Source: an uncultured Pseudohongiella sp.
GTDB lineage: Bacteria > Pseudomonadota > Gammaproteobacteria > Pseudomonadales > Pseudohongiellaceae
NCBI GenBank assembly: GCA_951812715.1
Contig: OX638323.1
Location: 1,776,577-1,840,576 of the forward strand
DNA: 64,000 nucleotides
Direction: 5' to 3'
The position numbers and the translations under genes were made by a program. Below the pieces are notes generated by a model. The model was not told where the DNA came from. It did not search any database and was given only the letters and a program-made list of their open reading frames with translations. Below are positions 9,236 through 19,643 of this stretch, piece by piece. Position 1 is the first letter of the stretch. Each line of letters begins with the position of its first letter.

Positions 9236-10390
9236 GTGATGAGATGGTTGAAGTTAATCGGCATAGGCTTGGTCGCACTGCTTGTGGCGCTGGTGACTGC
9301 CGGCGGCGCATTGTTTTTCTTTACTTCGCCGGAAAGGCCGGTGGAAGGTTCGGCGAGCCGGGCCTGGCTGGACAACCGCGAGTACGCGGTCGGCCGAGCC
9401 GATGTGGTATTTGTCGATGCAAGCCGGCCCACCAGCGAAAACCGCGGAGTGCCCGGCAAGCCCGAACGAACGTTTCCGCTGTCGGTCTGGTATCCGCGCG
9501 ATGTGGACGGACGCCTGCCGCTGATTATTCACAGCCACGGCATCCTTTCGAGCAGGACCGAACTGGAATATGCGGCCGCGCACCTTGCCGGCCTGGGCTA
9601 TATCGTGGCGGCGACCGATTATCCGCTGACTTCGGGCAACACCGAAGGCGGCGCGAATGCCCTCGATGTCGTGAACCAGCCGGCGGACATCAGCTTTCTG
9701 ATCGACTCCTTGCTGGCCTGGCCGGAAGATGAGCGACCCTTCGCCGCGGCGCCCGACCCGAACCGAATTGGCCTGAGCGGCTATTCGCTTGGCGGCCTGA
9801 CGAGTTATCTGGCCACTTACCACCCGCGCTGGCGCGACCCGCGTATTCGCGCCACGGCGGCTATCGCGGGGCCGTCTACGGGATTCACTGCACAGTTCTT
9901 TGCCAATAGCGACGCGCGATTGCTGTCCATCGCCGCCACGGCGGACGCATTGATCGATTTTTCAAGCAACGGCGCAACCATGACCGAACGCGCGCCCGAC
10001 AGCAGCCTGCTGGTGATCGAAGGCGGCTCGCATCTTGGCTTCGTCGGCCTCGCTGATCCGGCATTCCGCTTCATGAGCAATCCTGACGGCATCGCCTGCA
10101 ACGCGGTGCTTGGCGTGCTCGACGATCAGAACAGCGTGGATTACAACATATTCGGCGATATGAGCGACGGCGTGGATATCAGCCTGGCAAGCCCTGATAT
10201 CTGCGCCGATATGCCGCCGCCCGAAGCTATCCATCCTGGCCGCCAGTTGATGATCAACCAGATCGCGATGACGAGTTTCTTCGAGTCGGTTTTCGCGCCA
10301 GAACCCGAGCGCAGGGAGCAGGCCTGGGAGCAACTATCGGTGCATCTGCCGGCGGATTTCGCCGAAGCATCGGTCGCCACGAATCGCTAG
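9236..10390 (+). CDS. membrane-anchored alpha/beta hydrolase (PAF-acetylhydrolase/dienelactone-hydrolase-like)
   Basis: N-terminal TM LIGIGLVALLVALVTAGGALFFF, nucleophile elbow GYSLGG, HSHG motif. Confidence 0.65.
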   Translation: MMRWLKLIGIGLVALLVALVTAGGALFFFTSPERPVEGSASRAWLDNREYAVGRADVVFVDASRPTSENRGVPGKPERTFPLSVWYPRDVDGRLPLIIHSHGILSSRTELEYAAAHLAGLGYIVAATDYPLTSGNTEGGANALDVVNQPADISFLIDSLLAWPEDERPFAAAPDPNRIGLSGYSLGGLTSYLATYHPRWRDPRIRATAAIAGPSTGFTAQFFANSDARLLSIAATADALIDFSSNGATMTERAPDSSLLVIEGGSHLGFVGLADPAFRFMSNPDGIACNAVLGVLDDQNSVDYNIFGDMSDGVDISLASPDICADMPPPEAIHPGRQLMINQIAMTSFFESVFAPEPERREQAWEQLSVHLPADFAEASVATNR

Positions 10391-10484
10391 CGTCGTGTCA
10401 TGCGCCCAAATCAAAAACCGCCGAGGCGATTTTCCGGTTGGATGCAATTTTGCCGACCTGGCAAGAGACGCGAGACTACCTTCT

Positions 10485-12800
10485 CTAGAGCCGGAAGCGA
10501 ATGGATTCGGGCAAGCGGCAGGAACGGTCGTCGCATAGCTGGATTCGCAAGCACAATTCCGCACTGGCGATAAACGCATCCACCCGGCCGGCCGGCGAAG
10601 GGCTAACCGGAAGCAATTTGACGCGAATTTCCACCTCGCCTTGCACAATCTCGACGTTCTCTCCGACCGGCGGAGCGAGCTTCCCTCGATCACCTTTGCA
10701 GTGCATATCCCCCAAGCGCCAATTTGCTTCACTTTCCGCCAAAGTGAGCGCCAGCGGCTCGAATTCGCCGCCGGCCCGGCCCGGTGCGGTGACATGCCAG
10801 CCGGGAGCGATCAGCAGGCGGACAAACAGCGAGTGATCTCCGTTTTCCACTACCCTGCGCGCCAGCATTCGCGCCCGGCCTGCTCCCGCGGTCTGCATGA
10901 ATTCGATTCCAGCGGAATCCCAGGCGCTGATCACCCGTAGCAGCGATGGGTGTCCCACGGGATTGGCGTTGACCGCCGCCGCCAGTTCGCGAAAACAGGC
11001 GGCAATTCGTCCACTATCGAATGCCGAGGCGTCCGCTTCGGGCAACAAGGCCACATGGCGGTTAAGGCCGATCATGCATTCCAGCGCCGTGGCGACCGGC
11101 GAAATCTGAGCGCCGTCGGTAGCGTTTCGCGAGCGGATTAATTGCGGTCCGGGCGTATTGCCGGGCGCGAGATAAAAGCAGTTCGATTCCGCATCGAAGA
11201 ACCGCGCCAGCGCCTGCTTCATCAACATCGCGGACTGTTGCAGATATTCGAGCTTGCCGGTCACGGCGGACAATTGCAGCAGCGCCAGGGCGAAATTCGC
11301 GTAATCTTCAAGTTGCCCGTCGATGGATGAAGATCCGGCCAGCCAGATGCGCTGTAGTCCGCCGTCAGTATCGGCATTGCTTTGCCACAAATGGCCCGCC
11401 GCCTTTTCCGCGGCGTCCAGCCAGTCGGCGCGATCCATGGCCCAGGCCGCCTGGCAGAGCGCGAAAATCATGGCGCCGGTCCAGCCGGCTATCACCTTGT
11501 CGTCACGCAGCGGCGGCTCCCGTTTCGCGCGCCTCTTGCGCAACCGTAGCAGAATAGCGTCGAGCGCGGCGCCGGTTGCGCCTTGCGGGAATGGCGCGCT
11601 CAAATGCAGGATGTTGGCGCCTTCGAAATTGCCCGTTGCGCTGACTCCGTAATAGCGGATCAGCAATTCGAGTTCCTCTTCGTCGAGCAATCCCTTGAGT
11701 TCCTCCATGCTCCAGACGAAGAACACCCCTTCGCGGCCTTCGCTGTCGGCGTCGGTCGCCGAGCAGAAGCCGCCTGCGGGCAATTGCATTTCGCGCACCA
11801 CGTAGTCCAGTGTCTGTTCGACCACGCGCCGGAAGAATGGATTGCCGTTGAGCTGCCAGGCTTGCAGATAGGCCGGTGCGAGTTGGGACTGGTTGTACAG
11901 CATTTTCTCGAAATGCGGCACGAGCCATTGCGCATCGACGCTATAGCGGTGGAAGCCGCCACCGACGTGGTCGTAGATTCCGCCCATTGCCATCTGCCGC
12001 AAACCGCGCTCGGCGAACTGGAACGCGCGCCGGTCCCGGGTGCGCCGGGCGCGGTCTAACGCCAATAGCAGCAACGGCTCCTGAGGAAACTTGGGGGCGC
12101 CGGCAAGGCCGCCGAGTTCTTCGTCTTCGCGCTCGTAAAGCGCTTGCAAGGTCTTTTCCGGCAAATCCTCCGCCAGCGGCAGCGGCGTCTTGCGTTCGGC
12201 GAGAATAAGCCCGATCGAGCGATGCAAGCTGGCGGCGCTGCGCTCGATTTCGTCGTAGCGCGAAGTGAATACGCTTTGAACCTGTTCCAGCAAGGCGATG
12301 AATTGTCCTGGCGGAAAATAGGTCGCGCCGAAAAAAGGCCGTCCGTCCGGCAGCAGGAAATTTGACATCGGCCAGCCGCCATGACCGCTCAGGCATTGCA
12401 CACCGGTCATGTAGACCTCGTCGATATCGGGATATTGCTCCCGGTCCATCTTCACCGAAATGAAATGCCGGTTCAGCGCTTTCGCGACTTCGACGTTGTC
12501 GAAGCTCTCGACTTCCATGACATGGCACCAATGGCAGGTCGAATAACCGATGGAAAGAAACACCGGTTTGTTTTCCGCTTTCGCGACTTCGAACGGCAAC
12601 TCGCCCCAGGCGTACCAGTTCACCGGGTTATGCGCGTGCTGCAAGAGATAGGGCGAATCTTCCAGGATCAGCCGGTTGATGAAGATGGCCCGGCCGGTTT
12701 CGTCGAGATGTTCGGTGCGCTTGTCGTAGCGCCCTTCTTTGGCCGCTTCCGCCGCGCGCAACTGGCGCTCAAGCTCGGAATTCTGGGTCGTGTCGGTCAT
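10485..12800 (-). CDS. thioredoxin-domain protein, YyaL/DUF255 family with six-hairpin glycosidase-like body
   Basis: [30 protein letters not shown] and [12 protein letters not shown] are hallmark DUF255 motifs. 771 aa with an extra C-terminal region. Confidence 0.8.
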   Translation of the reverse strand: MTDTTQNSELERQLRAAEAAKEGRYDKRTEHLDETGRAIFINRLILEDSPYLLQHAHNPVNWYAWGELPFEVAKAENKPVFLSIGYSTCHWCHVMEVESFDNVEVAKALNRHFISVKMDREQYPDIDEVYMTGVQCLSGHGGWPMSNFLLPDGRPFFGATYFPPGQFIALLEQVQSVFTSRYDEIERSAASLHRSIGLILAERKTPLPLAEDLPEKTLQALYEREDEELGGLAGAPKFPQEPLLLLALDRARRTRDRRAFQFAERGLRQMAMGGIYDHVGGGFHRYSVDAQWLVPHFEKMLYNQSQLAPAYLQAWQLNGNPFFRRVVEQTLDYVVREMQLPAGGFCSATDADSEGREGVFFVWSMEELKGLLDEEELELLIRYYGVSATGNFEGANILHLSAPFPQGATGAALDAILLRLRKRRAKREPPLRDDKVIAGWTGAMIFALCQAAWAMDRADWLDAAEKAAGHLWQSNADTDGGLQRIWLAGSSSIDGQLEDYANFALALLQLSAVTGKLEYLQQSAMLMKQALARFFDAESNCFYLAPGNTPGPQLIRSRNATDGAQISPVATALECMIGLNRHVALLPEADASAFDSGRIAACFRELAAAVNANPVGHPSLLRVISAWDSAGIEFMQTAGAGRARMLARRVVENGDHSLFVRLLIAPGWHVTAPGRAGGEFEPLALTLAESEANWRLGDMHCKGDRGKLAPPVGENVEIVQGEVEIRVKLLPVSPSPAGRVDAFIASAELCLRIQLCDDRSCRLPESIRFRL

Positions 12801-12895
12801 CGCCCCGCCAGTGTAGCACCCTTTCCCCGCGCCATTGTGGCGTCAGTCGGATTGCTGTAACTTGCCGGTCAGGGATCAGCGAAAACCGGACTGAA

Positions 12896-14668
12896 ATGCC
12901 TCTGCGGACTACTGCTTCGAGAAGGGATTTCCTTAAGGGCTCGGCCGCCTTGGCCGGCGCATCGGTACTTGCCGGCTGCGAGAGCGCGGCGCCCCCGTCC
13001 GTTGCGACATATACCCGAATTCCCACGCTCCATCCGCAACACAACGAGCGCACCCGGGGGTGGTTGCGCTATTTGTGGCAGAAGGCGACCACGCCCGACG
13101 ACTGGAGTTATGGCGGCGAGGAACCGCATCCCTGGTGGGATCAGTACACCGTTCCGCCGCTGTTGAGCTATCCGCGCTTCGATTTGTCCGACTCCAGCTA
13201 TGCGATATTGCTGATGGCGGACCAGACTCCGGCCTGGCGCGAGGTCTACACCCGGATCATGGACGAACTTGCGACCCGGCATACAGCTTATTGGGCGGCG
13301 ATTGATTGGAACACCTTCATCGGGCCAAGCCCGGACCGGCAAAACTATCCCGATGCCCTGATGCAGCAATGGCCGGAACGGGTGCGCGGCAATTACGACG
13401 CTCCCGGCTGGACCGCCAACGGCGTCGAGCCCTGGGGACTTGATCCAGACCCTATCGGCGCCACCGGCAACCTGTTCTTCCGCGGCTGGCTGAACCTGGT
13501 GCTGAGCATCTACAAGTACGTCTCCGGCAACGACAAATGGGAGCAACCCTGGCTGGTAGCGGGCTACGAGAACGAACATTTCGAGTGGACCCAGCCCAGG
13601 ATCGTCGATTACCTGCGCCGGCAATACACCGATCAGCCTGAAGGTCCGCATTGCGAGAACACCAAGATCTGGCCATATTGCAATTCCGCGGCGGGACTAG
13701 GCATCTACTTGTCTGACCAACTCGGCGGCCGCCCCGCCCATGGCGTATTCGAGAACTGGGTGGAATTCTGCCGCGACAACTACATGGGCATTAACGACCG
13801 CAATCAGATCGAATGGATGACGAGCTATTACGACCCGATCGAGAATTTCAAGGTCAATGGGTCGGGAGCGGGTGGGGCCGGCGTCGCCTTTCATCTGCTG
13901 CCACAATCACCGGAACTTGCCACGCGGATATACGAGTCGTTGGTCGAATCGCTCGGCTGGAGCGACCCTCGGCGGCAGATCCAGCCGAGCATACCGGGCC
14001 TGATCATTGCCAGGGCGCTCGGCGACAACACCGTAATCGAGCGGCTTACAGCGGCGGCGGAGCGTGAATACGATCCACGCTGGTTCGGCGAAGACATGAG
14101 TCGTTTCGGCTGGTGGTTCAATCTCGACGAACCCTGGCCCCGAGGCCAGCGCAGCGCTCAGATGATGGTCAACGAAATCGGCGAAGGCGACTGGATCACA
14201 GCCTTCCAGGCGAATCATCTGGATAAGTACGCCGCGCCCACGGTGGAAGGCGTGGATTTCCCCAATCTTGGCATTTGTCAGGCCTGGAATGACAAGGAAA
14301 GTGGTGTGTTGTACGTCTCCACTTATGCCGCCGACCCTTCCCGCCGCGGCGAGGCGTCGAGCTACCGCATCGCCAATTTGCCCGATTCCGCCAAGGCCGT
14401 GGTGCTGCAGGACGGCGCTGCGCTCGAAGTCGAAGCAGCCGATGCCAACAGCATTATCGTGCGCAGCGACATCGACAATCATCGACTGCAGATCTACACC
14501 GGCTGGTTTGGCCAGCAAGTCGCGGTGCGTCCCGAAGCCGAAGCCGCACCCGCGGCAGCCGTCGGCGTCAGCGTTACGCGCAAGACCGCGGACGAAAACG
14601 CCAGGACCGCCGAGGCGGTGATGCTCAGTGGTTCGGCAGGTTGTCCTTGTTGCGTTGGTGCTGCTTGA
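12896..14668 (+). CDS. Tat-exported lipoprotein of unknown function
   Basis: Twin-arginine signal plus lipobox SRRDFLKGSAALAGASVLAGC. Trp-rich 590-aa body. Ala-rich tail ending GSAGCPCCVGAA. Confidence 0.6.
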   Translation: MPLRTTASRRDFLKGSAALAGASVLAGCESAAPPSVATYTRIPTLHPQHNERTRGWLRYLWQKATTPDDWSYGGEEPHPWWDQYTVPPLLSYPRFDLSDSSYAILLMADQTPAWREVYTRIMDELATRHTAYWAAIDWNTFIGPSPDRQNYPDALMQQWPERVRGNYDAPGWTANGVEPWGLDPDPIGATGNLFFRGWLNLVLSIYKYVSGNDKWEQPWLVAGYENEHFEWTQPRIVDYLRRQYTDQPEGPHCENTKIWPYCNSAAGLGIYLSDQLGGRPAHGVFENWVEFCRDNYMGINDRNQIEWMTSYYDPIENFKVNGSGAGGAGVAFHLLPQSPELATRIYESLVESLGWSDPRRQIQPSIPGLIIARALGDNTVIERLTAAAEREYDPRWFGEDMSRFGWWFNLDEPWPRGQRSAQMMVNEIGEGDWITAFQANHLDKYAAPTVEGVDFPNLGICQAWNDKESGVLYVSTYAADPSRRGEASSYRIANLPDSAKAVVLQDGAALEVEAADANSIIVRSDIDNHRLQIYTGWFGQQVAVRPEAEAAPAAAVGVSVTRKTADENARTAEAVMLSGSAGCPCCVGAA

Positions 14669-14892
14669 TTGGTTTACAGATGACTTCCCTGGCGCGACTC
14701 TTTAGTTTCTCCAACCCCCAGTCTCGACATCCTTGTCAAGCCGTTCTGTCCTCAAAAAGCTGAGCTTCGTCGACTGCGCCGACCGAGCCTCGCTGCTGTT
14801 GCGCGGGAGCAGCTTGACCGCTGGCCTAGCGCAGCGGTTCATGGCAGAATCGCGGCTCTAATTTTCCAAGCCTAATGATTGAGGATACTCAG

Positions 14893-15705
14893 ATGCTGAA
14901 ACGTTTAATCTGGTTGTTGCTTCCCGCGTGTCTGCTCGGCTTTACGCTGACCGCGCAAGCGCAATTCACGCTGGAAGAGTTGATTGTCGGCGATCACCGC
15001 AGCGAGGCGAACATCGCCCGCAATGAATTTCGCAATCCGGTGGAGACACTGGAATTCTTCGGGCTGCGCCCGGATTCGACGGTCATCGAAATTCACCCGG
15101 CCGGTGGCTGGTACACCGAAGTAATCGCACCCTACGTGCGGGACCAGGGCAGATTCTACGCCGCGCATTTCTCACCCAACTCGACATCCGCGGGCCAGCA
15201 ACGCTCCTTGAATGGGTTCGAGGACAAGATGGTCGCACGTGACGACCTGTACGGGCGCGTCACGGTTCGCCATCTCCTTCCCCCCCATGAAATTGCGATC
15301 GCACCGGCGGAAAGCGCCGATCTGGTGATGACTTTCCGCAATGTCCATAACTGGATCATGGCCGGACAGGAAAACGAGTTTTTTGAAGCCTTTTATGCGG
15401 CGCTGAAGCCCGGCGGCGTTCTGGGAGTCGTGGAACACCGCGCCCTACCTGACGCCGGCATGGAAGTCATGGAAACCACGGGATACGTCACCGAAGCCTA
15501 CGTCAAGGAAATTGCCGTAGCAGCGGGATTCGAGTTTGTGGAGTCTTCCGAGATCAATGCCAATCCGAAGGATCCGACAGTTCATCCCAGGGGCGTGTGG
15601 ACTCTGCCTCCCTCTTATCGCCTGGGAGATACGGACCGGGACAAGTATATGGCTATCGGCGAAAGCGACCGCATGACGCTGAAGTTCGTCAAGCCGGCCA
15701 ACTGA
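14893..15705 (+). CDS. secreted class I SAM-dependent methyltransferase-like protein
   Basis: SD gaggat 8 nt before ATG 14893. Signal peptide MLKRLIWLLLPACLLGFTLTAQA. LKPGGVLGVVEH block typical of COG4798-type methyltransferases. Confidence 0.6.
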   Translation: MLKRLIWLLLPACLLGFTLTAQAQFTLEELIVGDHRSEANIARNEFRNPVETLEFFGLRPDSTVIEIHPAGGWYTEVIAPYVRDQGRFYAAHFSPNSTSAGQQRSLNGFEDKMVARDDLYGRVTVRHLLPPHEIAIAPAESADLVMTFRNVHNWIMAGQENEFFEAFYAALKPGGVLGVVEHRALPDAGMEVMETTGYVTEAYVKEIAVAAGFEFVESSEINANPKDPTVHPRGVWTLPPSYRLGDTDRDKYMAIGESDRMTLKFVKPAN

Positions 15706-15771
15706 TCCACATACCAACACTGTTTCCCTGATTAGCGGCGCCGATGATTTCATCGGCGCCGGAGTTTGAAT

Positions 15772-16377
15772 ATGAAACTGGAATACCATTTCGATTTCGC
15801 CAGTCCCAACTGCTACTACTCGCACAAGGCCATCCCGGAAATCGAACGGCGTACCGGCGAGACCTTCAACTATGTTCCGATTCTGCTGGGCGGGGTTTTC
15901 AAATCTACCAACAACCGCTCGCCGATGGAGCAATTCGCCGGCGTCCGCAACAAGCCTGAATACAACGCCATCGAGACTGAGCGTTTCGTCCGCAAGCACG
16001 GCATCGCCGATTTCCACATGAATCCGCATTTCCCGGTAAATACCCTGCATCTCATGCGCGGAGTTGTTTTCGCCAAGGGGCGGGACTACTTCGAATCCTA
16101 CGTGGATGCGATGTTTTCCTGCATGTGGGAGCAGGGCTTGAACATGGCGGACCCGGCGGTAATCGCCAAGGCGCTGGAGGATGCGGGGTTGCCGGCGCAA
16201 GACATCATCACGGGTTCCCAGAACCCTGAAGTCAAGTTGGCGCTGATAGAAAATTCCAATACTTCTGTCGAACGTGGCAGCTTCGGAGCGCCCACGTTCT
16301 TCGTCAACGATGAAATGTTCTTCGGCAAAGACAGATTGCGGGAAGTGGAAGAAGAGATTCTCTCGGCGAAGAAATAG
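15772..16377 (+). CDS. DsbA-family 2-hydroxychromene-2-carboxylate isomerase-like protein
   Basis: MKLEYHFDFASPNCYY N-terminus, FGAPTFFV and FFGKDRL C-terminal blocks. SD ggag 7 nt upstream of ATG 15772. Confidence 0.8.
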   Translation: MKLEYHFDFASPNCYYSHKAIPEIERRTGETFNYVPILLGGVFKSTNNRSPMEQFAGVRNKPEYNAIETERFVRKHGIADFHMNPHFPVNTLHLMRGVVFAKGRDYFESYVDAMFSCMWEQGLNMADPAVIAKALEDAGLPAQDIITGSQNPEVKLALIENSNTSVERGSFGAPTFFVNDEMFFGKDRLREVEEEILSAKK

Positions 16378-16387
16378 ACTTCGAACG

Positions 16388-16601
16388 GAGCCGCGAGGGG
16401 GAGGGCCTCCGCGCTTAATTTCGCCTCGACATCCATGTCGAGGCTCAAATCGGGTCGTCGTCGCTTTGAATCCAGTCGCCGAGCACAGCTCGGCACCGTT
16501 CCGGCTGCGCTCGAAGCTAAAGCTTCGAATGCACTTGCCTCCACCCATCCATGGCACGCGCCGGCTCCCACGACGCGCAGAGGCCCTCCCCCTCACGGCT
16601 C
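16388..16601. repeat. 214-bp element bounded by 27-bp terminal inverted repeats (MITE-like, or a large structured convergent-terminator region)
   Basis: Left gagccgcgagggggagggcctccgcgc (16388-16414). Right gcgcagaggccctccccctcacggctc (16575-16601) is its reverse complement at 25/27 positions. Internal hairpins cctcgac..gtcgagg, gccgag..ctcggc, tcgaagct..agcttcga. Confidence 0.5.
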
Positions 16602-16621
16602 CTTACCTGGTGCTGAATCCT

Positions 16622-17422
16622 TTATCTAGTGGCCTCGATCAACAGGTTTTTGAGTGGTTCGAACAGGACCTGATTGGCTATGACGATGTCTTCGTTGTGG
16701 AATTCGGGGTGGGCTCCCGGCGGCAATTCGGAAAAATGGCCGTATTGGGCGCCCGCCTCTCTTGCTATCAATCCGGCAGCGGCGAAGTCCCACAGGCTGA
16801 GGGTTTCGTAGAAGCCATCCAGGCGGCCGCAAGCCACCCAGCAGATGTCCAGGGCCGCCGAGCCGAGGCGGCGAATGTCGGCGCAGTTGTGTAGCACGGC
16901 GTCCAGTCGCTGGATCAGTGGTTTTAAACCTGTCTTCCGGTAGGGAAAGCCGGTGGCGATCAGGGCTCGAGAGAGTTCGGTTTCCTTGCTGACGCTGATC
17001 GTCTTGCCGTTCAAGAATGCGCCCTGGCCGCGAAGCGCGCTGAACATCTCGTCGGTAAAGGGGTTGTAAACCACTCCCAGTTCGATGTGGCCATCTTTTG
17101 CCAGGGCAATGGAGACTGCCGATTGGCTGTGGCCGTGGGCAAAATTCACGGTGCCATCGATGGGGTCGACGATCCATACCGGTTGTGGCAGTAGATGCAC
17201 GTCGGCCAAATCTGGTGAGGATTCTTCCGAAAGAATCAGGTGTTCGGAGAATTCTCGCCCGATGCGTTCGCAGATCAGGCGGTCGGCATTCAGGTCGGCT
17301 TGCGTGACCAACTCCTTGCCCTGCTTGAACTCTCTGACAAGTCCGGCCTTTTGTTGTTCTTTCACGATCAGGCGGCCGGCTTCCCGGGCGAGCTCGCGGG
17401 CGAATTCCAGCAGTTTTTCCAT
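16622..17422 (-). CDS. inositol monophosphatase family protein (SuhB-like)
   Basis: LSEESS, WIVDPIDGTVNFAHG and WDFAAG motifs. 266 aa. Confidence 0.85.
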   Translation of the reverse strand: MEKLLEFARELAREAGRLIVKEQQKAGLVREFKQGKELVTQADLNADRLICERIGREFSEHLILSEESSPDLADVHLLPQPVWIVDPIDGTVNFAHGHSQSAVSIALAKDGHIELGVVYNPFTDEMFSALRGQGAFLNGKTISVSKETELSRALIATGFPYRKTGLKPLIQRLDAVLHNCADIRRLGSAALDICWVACGRLDGFYETLSLWDFAAAGLIAREAGAQYGHFSELPPGAHPEFHNEDIVIANQVLFEPLKNLLIEATR

Positions 17423-17569
17423 CCTTTATCTCCTGACGTTTTCCTGTGGAATTCGAATGGCTGTTGATCAAACCCCGACTTTGGCAGGTCCGGCTTGGTT
17501 CTTCCCTGAGCTTGCGCTACCTTGGGTCCGGCATTATAACCGTGCCGGCAAGGCGGAGCGGAACAACGC

Positions 17570-18907
17570 ATGACGGAACAGGGTAAGAAGCTGATTTATG
17601 GCTGGGGACGTTACCCCATGGCCGAGGCGCGGCTGTCGGAACCGGCCGATGTAGACAGCTTGCGCGCCGAACTCGAAGCAGATTCACTTGCTGCCTGCAT
17701 CGCCCGCGGCAGTGGCCTGAGTTATGGCGACAGCGCGCTGGCGGGAGAGGTCATCAGCAGCCTCGGTCTGCGTCATGTTTGCGAACTCAATCCCGCGACT
17801 GGAGTTTTGCGCTGTGCTTCCGGTCTGAGTTTGGGCGAAGTTTTGAGCAAAATCGTGCCCAAGGGCTGGTTTCCGCCGGTCTTGCCGGGTACCGCCATGG
17901 TCAGCATCGGCGGGGCGGTCGCGGCGGACATTCACGGCAAGAACCATCACCGCGACGGCAGTTTCTGTGATCATGTGATCAAACTGACGCTTATGCTGGC
18001 TGACGGGGAGGTCGTGCATTGCGGGCCATCCCAACGTCCGGAACTGTTCCGGGCAACCTGCGGCGGCATGGGCCTGACCGGCATCATTCTCGAAGCCGAG
18101 CTGCAACTGGTCCCGATCACCAGTTCGACGATGATTGCCCGCTCGCAACCCGCGGCCGGACTCGATGAGTGTTTTGAGTTGCTCGAAGTGCATGAACAGG
18201 CGCGTTACTCAGTTGCCTGGCTCGACTGCCTCGCACGCGGGCCGCGCATGGGGCGCGGCATTGTCCATCTCGCCGAACACGAGGTCGGCGGCGAATTGCG
18301 CAATCGCGACCGCCTGGGTCTGCGGGTTCCGTTCACGACGCCGGGAAAGTTGCTCAATCGCCACAGCCTGTCGCTATTCAATTCCGCTTATTTCCGCTGG
18401 CAAAACTTTCGCGCGGGCAGAAACCGTCTGGATCAAAACGGGTATTTTTTCCCACTTGACCGCATCCGCGACTGGAACCGCCTGTATGGGGCCGCGGGCT
18501 TTCTGCAATATCAGTTTGTATTGCCTGCCGAAGCAGGCCGCGACGGCATCGCAACCGTGCTGCGGCGGGTAAGCGACGCCGGCAAGGGCTCCTTTCTCTC
18601 GGTGCTGAAAAAGATGGGGCCGGCCAACGGCAACCTGCTTTCCTTTCCCGCCGCCGGTTATACCCTCGCGCTGGATTTTCGCCGCGAAACGTCGCTGTTC
18701 CCGCTGCTCGATCAACTCGACGCCATCGTGCTCGATCATGGCGGACGCATCTATCTGGCCAAGGACGCGCGCATGAGCGAGACTGTGTTCAAGGCAGGCT
18801 ATCCGGACTGGGAACGATTTCTGGCCATCAAACAGCGGGTTGACCCAAGCATGCGTTTTCGCTCGGCGCAATCCGACCGCATCGGCCTGACGGGGCTTGG
18901 CGCATGA
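17570..18907 (+). CDS. FAD-binding oxidoreductase, DprE1-like (decaprenylphosphoryl-ribose 2'-oxidase family)
   Basis: GWGRYP, RGSGLSYGDSAL and GGAVAADIHGKNHH blocks. 445 aa. 4-nt overlap with the following SDR gene, as in dprE1-dprE2 pairs. Confidence 0.7.
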   Translation: MTEQGKKLIYGWGRYPMAEARLSEPADVDSLRAELEADSLAACIARGSGLSYGDSALAGEVISSLGLRHVCELNPATGVLRCASGLSLGEVLSKIVPKGWFPPVLPGTAMVSIGGAVAADIHGKNHHRDGSFCDHVIKLTLMLADGEVVHCGPSQRPELFRATCGGMGLTGIILEAELQLVPITSSTMIARSQPAAGLDECFELLEVHEQARYSVAWLDCLARGPRMGRGIVHLAEHEVGGELRNRDRLGLRVPFTTPGKLLNRHSLSLFNSAYFRWQNFRAGRNRLDQNGYFFPLDRIRDWNRLYGAAGFLQYQFVLPAEAGRDGIATVLRRVSDAGKGSFLSVLKKMGPANGNLLSFPAAGYTLALDFRRETSLFPLLDQLDAIVLDHGGRIYLAKDARMSETVFKAGYPDWERFLAIKQRVDPSMRFRSAQSDRIGLTGLGA

Positions 18908-19638
18908 ACATACTCATTTTCGGCGCCACATCGGCGATCGCCGCGGCGGTAGCGGCGCGTTATGCCGCTGCCGAAAATCGCTTCTACCTGATTGCCCGCA
19001 ATGATGAAAAGCTGACGGCATTGCGTGAGCGCTTGACCGAGTCCGGCGCCGGCGAAGTGGAGACCGCGCAAGCCGACCTGATTCGATTCGAGGAACATCC
19101 CGCATTGATCGAAGCCGCTTTCACCCGGCTGCAATCCGTCGATCTTGTACTGATTGCTCATGGAACCCTGCCTGACCAGAAGCGTTGCGAGCAGGACGCG
19201 GAAGCCGCGCTCGAAGCGCTGAGCGTGAACGGGCTTAGCCCAATCTCACTTCTCACCGAACTGGCGCCGAGGATGCGCGAACAGGCGCACGGTACGCTCG
19301 CGGTAATCACTTCGGTTGCCGGCGACCGCGGCCGGCCTTCGAATTATGTCTATGGTTCGGCCAAGGCCATGGTTTCGGCCTACCTGCAAGGGCTGCGCGG
19401 CAAATTGCATGGCGCGGGGGTAAATGTCATCGATGTACGACCCGGCCTGGTGGACTCGCCCATGACCGCGCATCTCGAGAAAGGTCCGCTGTTCGCCACG
19501 CCGGACCGAGTCGCCGGCGGCATCGTCCGCGCCGTGGCCCGCAACAGGCATACGGTCTACGTACCGGGCTGGTGGCGCATCGTCATGGCCATCGTGCGAT
19601 GGCTGCCCGATACGATCTTCAAGCGGCTGGATTTCTGA
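18904..19638 (+). CDS. short-chain dehydrogenase/reductase, DprE2-like partner
   Basis: ILIFGATSAIAAAVA (TGxxxGxG-type), YxxxK as YGSAKA. Translationally coupled to the FAD oxidase. Confidence 0.7.
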   Translation: MNILIFGATSAIAAAVAARYAAAENRFYLIARNDEKLTALRERLTESGAGEVETAQADLIRFEEHPALIEAAFTRLQSVDLVLIAHGTLPDQKRCEQDAEAALEALSVNGLSPISLLTELAPRMREQAHGTLAVITSVAGDRGRPSNYVYGSAKAMVSAYLQGLRGKLHGAGVNVIDVRPGLVDSPMTAHLEKGPLFATPDRVAGGIVRAVARNRHTVYVPGWWRIVMAIVRWLPDTIFKRLDF

Positions 19639-19643
19639 ACGGC

